Assembly (NCBI RefSeq): GCF_009914755.1
Contig: NC_060933.1
From: the human T2T-CHM13v2.0 reference genome, Homo sapiens
Length of the DNA stretch: 64,000 nucleotides
Strand: one strand, 5' to 3'
Shown one piece after another: positions 59,101 to 64,000 of the stretch. How positions within the stretch are numbered: the first letter of the stretch is position 1; each line of letters starts with the position of its first letter. Position numbers and translations under genes: made by a program. The notes below the pieces were generated by a model. That model saw only the letters and a program-made list of their open reading frames with translations. It made no database searches and was not told the origin of the DNA.

Positions 59101-61880
59101 TGGAGTGGAATGGAATGGAATGGAATGGAATGGAATCAACTCGATTGGAATGGAATGGAATGGAATGGAATGGAATGGAATTAACCCCAATAGAATGGAA
59201 TGGAATGGAATGGAACGGAACGGAATGGAATGGAATGGAATTGAATGGAATGGAATAAACCCGAGTGCAATGGAATGGAGTGGAATGGAATGGAATGGAA
59301 TGGAACAACCCGAATGGAATGGAATGTAATGGAGAGTAAGGGAGTTGAATAGAATCAATCCGAATGTAATGGAATGGAATGGAACGGAATGGAATTGAAT
59401 GGAATGGAATGGAATGGAATCAACCCGAGTGCAATGGAATGGAGAGGAATGGAATGGAATGGAATGGAAACTACCCGAATGGAATGGAATGTAATGGAGT
59501 GTAAGGGAATTGAATAGAATCAATCCGAATGTAATGGAATGGAATGGAATGGAATGGAATGGAATGGAATGGAATGGAATGGAATGCAATGGAATGGAAT
59601 CAACCCGAGTGCAATCGAATGGAATCGAATGGAATGGAATGCAATGGAATGGATTCAACTTGAATGGAATGGAAAGAATGGAATCAACACGAGTGGAATG
59701 GCATGGATTGGAATGGAATGGAATGGAATCAACCCGAGTACAGGGGAATGGAATGGAATGGAATGCAATGGAATGGAATCATCCGTAATGGAATGGAAAG
59801 GAATGGAATGGAATGGAATGGAATGGAATGGAATGGAATGGAATCAACTCGATTGCAATCGAATGGAATGGAATGGAATTAACCCGAATAGAATGGAATG
59901 GAATGGAATGGAACGCAACGGAATGGAATGGAATGGAACGGAATGGAATGGAACGGAACAGAACGGAATGGATGGAATGGAATGGAATGGAATGGAATGG
60001 AATCAACGCGAGTGCAGGGGAATGGAATGGAATGGAATGCAATGGAATGGAATCTTCCGGAATGGAATGGAATGGAATGGAATGGAATGGAATGAAATGC
60101 AATGGATTCAACTCGATTGCAATGGAATGGAATAGAATGGAATGGAATGGAATGGAATGGAATGGAATTAACCCGAATAGAATGGAATGGAATGGAATGG
60201 AACGGAATGGAACGGAATGCAATGGAATGGAATGGAATGGAATGGTATGGAATGGAATGGAATGGTACGGAATAGAATGGAATGGAACGAATTGTAATGG
60301 AATGGAATTGAATGGAATGAAATGGGATGGAATGGAATGGAATGGAATCAACGCGAGTGCAGGGGAATGTAATGGAACGAAATGCAATGGAATGGAATCA
60401 TGCGGAATGGAATGGAATGGAATGGAATGGAATGGAATGGAATCAACCCGAGTGCAATGGAATGGAGTGGAATGGAATGGAATGGAATGGAACAACCCGA
60501 ATGGAATGGAATGTAATGGAGAGTAAGGGAGTTGAATAGAATCAATCCGAATGTAATGGAATGGAATTCAATGGAATGGAAAGGAATGGAATGGAATGGA
60601 AAGGAATGGAATGGAATGGAATGGAATGGAATGCCTTCAAACCGAATGTAATGGAAAGGAATGGAATCAACACGAGTGGAATGGAATGGAATGGAATGGA
60701 ATCGAATGGAATGGAATAATATGGAATAGAATGGAATGGAACGAAATGGAATGGAACGAAATGGAATGGAATGGAATGGAATGGAATGGAATGGAATGAT
60801 ACGGAATAGAATGGAATGGAACGAAATGGAGTGGAATGGAATGGAATGGAATGAAATGGAATGGAATGGAATCGTTCCTAGTGGAATAGGAGGGAATGTA
60901 TTCGAGTGGAATGGAAAGGAATGGTATCAACCAGAGTGGAATGGAAGGGAATGGAATGGAATGGAAACTAATAGAATGGAATCAACCCGAGTGGAATGGA
61001 ATGGAAAGGACTGGAATGGAATGGAATGGAATGGAATCAACTCGATTGTAATGGAATGGAATGGAATGGAATGGAATGGAATGGAATGGAATTAACCCGA
61101 ATACAATGGAATGGAATGGAATGGAATGGAATGGAGTGGAATGGAATGGAATCAACCCGAGTGCAGGGTAATGGAATGGAATGGAATGCAATGGAATGGA
61201 ATCATCCGGAATGGAATGGAATGGAATGGAATGCAAAGCAATGGAATCAACTCGATTGCAATGGAATGGAATGGAATGGAAAGGAATACATTGGAATCAA
61301 CCCGAGTGGAATGGAATGGAAAGGACTGGAATGGAGTGGAATGGAATGGAATGGAATGGAATGGAAACAACTCGATTGGAATGGAATGGAATGGAATGGA
61401 ATGGAATTAACCCGAATAGAATGGAATTGAATGGAATGGAAAGGAACGGAATGGAATGGAATGGAATGGAATGGAATGGAATCAACCCGACTGCAGGGGA
61501 ATGGAATGGAATGGAATGCAATGGAATGGATTCAACTTCAATGGAATGGAAAGAATGGAATCAACACGAGTGGAATGGCATGGATTGGAATGGAATGGAA
61601 TGGAATTAACCCGAGTACAAGGGAATGGAATGGAATGGAATGCAATGGAATGGAATCATCCGTAATGGAATGGAAAGGAATGGAATGGAATGGAATGGAA
61701 TGGAATAGAATGGAATGGAATCAACTCGATTGCAATCGAATGGAATGGAATGGAATTAACCCGAATAAAATGGAATGGAATCGAATGGAACGGAACGGAA
61801 CGGAATGGAATGGATTGGAATGGAATGGAATGGAATGGAACGGAATGGAATGGAATGGAATGGAATGGAATGGAATGGAA
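56105..61880 (+). repeat. ~5.8 kb higher-order unit, copy B
   Basis: Same markers in the same order as copy A, except that ~58630-59250 differs from ~52700-53410. Confidence 0.85.
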
Positions 61881-62229
61881 TCAACGCGAGTGCAGGGGAA
61901 TGGAATGGAATGGAATGCAATGGAATGGAATCTTCCGGAATGGAATGGAATGGAATGGAATGGAATGGAATAAACCCGAGTACAATGGAATGGAGTGGAA
62001 TGGAATGGAATGGAATGGAACAACCCGAATGGAATGGAATGTAATGGAGAGTAAGGGAGTTGAATAGAATCAATCCGAATGTAATGGAATGGAATGGAAC
62101 GGAATGGAATTGAATGGAATGGAATGGAATGCAATGGAATGGAATCAACCCGAGAGCAATGGAATGGAGAGGAATGGAATGGAATGGAATGGAAACTACC
62201 CGAATGGAATGGAATGTAATGGAGGGTAA

Positions 62230-64000
62230 GGGAATTGAATAGAATCAATCTGAATCTAATGGAATGGAATGGAACGGAATGGAATGGAATGGAATGGAAT
62301 GGAATGGAATGGAATGGAATGGAATGCAATGGAATGGAATGAACCCGAGTGCAATCGAATGGAATCGAATGGAATGGAATGCAATGGAATGGATTCAACT
62401 TGAATGGAATGGAAAGAATGGAATCAACACGAGTGGAATGGCATGGATTGGAATGGAATGGAATGGAATCAACCCGAGTACAGGGGAATGGAATGGAATG
62501 GAATGCAATGGAATGGAATCATCCGTAATGGAATGGAAAGGAATGGAATGGAATGGAATGGAATGGAATGGAATGGAATGGAATCAACTCGATTGCAATC
62601 GAATGGAATGGAATGGAATTAACCCGAATAGAATGGAATGGAATGGAATGGAACGGAACGGAATGGAATGGAATGGAATGGAAAGGAATGGAACGGAACG
62701 GAACGGAATGGATGAAATGGAATGGAATGGAATGGAATGGAATGGAATCAAAGCGAGTGCAAGGGAATGGAATGGAATGGAATGCAATGGAATGGAATCT
62801 TCCGGAATGGAATGGAATGGAATGGAATGGAATGAAATGCAATGGATTCAACTCGATTGCAATGGAATGGAATAGAATGGAATGGAATGGAATGGAACGG
62901 AATGGAATTAACCCGAATAGAATGGAATGGAATGGAATGGAACGGAATGGAACGGAATGGAATGGAATGGAATGGAATGGAATGGTATGGAATGGAATGG
63001 AATGGTACGGAATAGAATGGAATGGAACGAATTGTAATGGAATGGAATTGAATGGAATGGAATGGAATGGAATGGAATCAACGCGAGTGCAGGGGAATGT
63101 AATGGAACGGAATGCAATGGAATGGAATCATCCGGAATGGAATGGAATGGAATGGAATGGAATGGAATGGAATCAACCCGAGTGCAATGGAATGGAGTGG
63201 AATGGAATGGAATGGAATGGAACAACCCGAATGGAATGGAATGTAATGGAGAGTAAGGGAGTTGAATATAATCAATCCGAATGTAATGGAATTGGATGCA
63301 ACGGAATGGAAAGGAATGGAATGGAATGGAATGGAATGCAATGGAATGGAGTCAACCCGAGTACAATGGAATGGAATGGAATGGAATGGAATGGAATGGA
63401 ATGGAATGGAATGGAATGGAATTAACCCGAATACAATGGAATGGAATGGAATGGAATGGAATGGAGTGGAATGGAATGGAATCAACCCGAGTGCAGGGTA
63501 ATGGAATGGAATGGAATGCAATGGAATGGAATCATCCGGAATGGAATGGAATGGAATGGAATGCAAAGCAATGGAATCAACTCGATTGCAATGGAATGGA
63601 ATGGAATGGAAAGGAATACATTGGAATCAACCCGAGTGGAATGGAATGGAAAGGACTGGAATGGAGTGGAATGGAATGGAATGGAATGGAATGGAAACAA
63701 CTCGATTGGAATGGAATGGAATGGAATGGAATGGAATTAACCCGAATAGAATGGAATTGAATGGAATGGAAAGGAACGGAATGGAATGGAATGGAATGGA
63801 ATGGAATGGAATGGAATGGAATCAACCCGACTGCAGGGGAATGGAATGGAATGGAATGCAATGGAATGGATTCAACTTCAATGGAATGGAAAGAATGGAA
63901 TCAACACGAGTGGAATGGCATGGATTGGAATGGAATGGAATGGAATTAACCCGAGTACAAGGGAATGGAATGGAATGGAATGCAATGGAATGGAATCATC
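62230..64000 (+). repeat. Partial third copy of the distal half of the 5.8 kb unit, with an internal deletion
   Basis: Offset 2740 (59664->62404, 59813->62553), then 2330 (61111->63441, 61152->63482). Markers GCAGGGTAAT, GGAATACATT and CAACTTCAAT are shared. Confidence 0.75.

Larger units (their letters stand above)
1..64000 (+). repeat. Satellite III (HSat3) array, (GGAAT)n / (CATTC)n with CAACCCGAGT-type interruptions
   Basis: GGAAT pentamers run from the first to the last base, interrupted by CAACCCGAGT, CAACTCGATT, TAACCCGAAT, CATCCGG and similar variants. The GGAAT pentamer plus CAACCCGAGT terminator is the established Sat III signature. The purine-rich strand stays on + throughout. Confidence 0.97.

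Noticed and set aside
167-63949. Hundreds of ORFs encoding MEWNG or HSIPF repeats
   Set aside because: A 5 bp repeat gives the same stop-free pentapeptide in all three frames of each strand. The ORFs overlap in every frame and show no domain or gene structure.
1-64000. CRISPR-like repeat/spacer array
   Set aside because: The sequence between motifs is GGAAT of variable count, not unique spacers, and there are no cas genes.
1-64000. HSat2 or DYZ1 identity
   Set aside because: HSat2 is CATTCGATTC-rich with few long pure runs. The 3.69 kb unit is only a local triplication, so its similarity in size to the ~3.6 kb DYZ1 unit is probably coincidental.
1-64000. Inversions, embedded Alu/L1 or telomeric repeats
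   Set aside because: I saw no CATTC runs on the + strand, no poly-A tails or non-satellite inserts, and no TTAGGG arrays.

Overview
The whole 64 kb window is one uninterrupted, single-orientation array of (GGAAT)n classical satellite, matching human/primate Satellite III (HSat3) of the CAACCCGAGT-punctuated type. It contains no genes, RNA genes or transposons; every ORF in the track (poly-MEWNG / poly-HSIPF) is a translation artefact of the pentamer. The real structure is a small vocabulary of variant modules plus nested duplications: a ~7.0-7.8 kb pair on the left, a near-perfect ~3.69 kb triplication in the middle that appears to mask an older ~8 kb period, an 831 bp tandem pair, and a mosaic ~5.8-5.9 kb pair on the right. 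One module variant, GGAATCTTCCGGAAT, is an exact three-unit heat shock element (about 26 copies by eye). All alignments and counts were done by eye from marker sequences and ORF-track offsets, so boundaries are approximate. I see no protein-coding system here.
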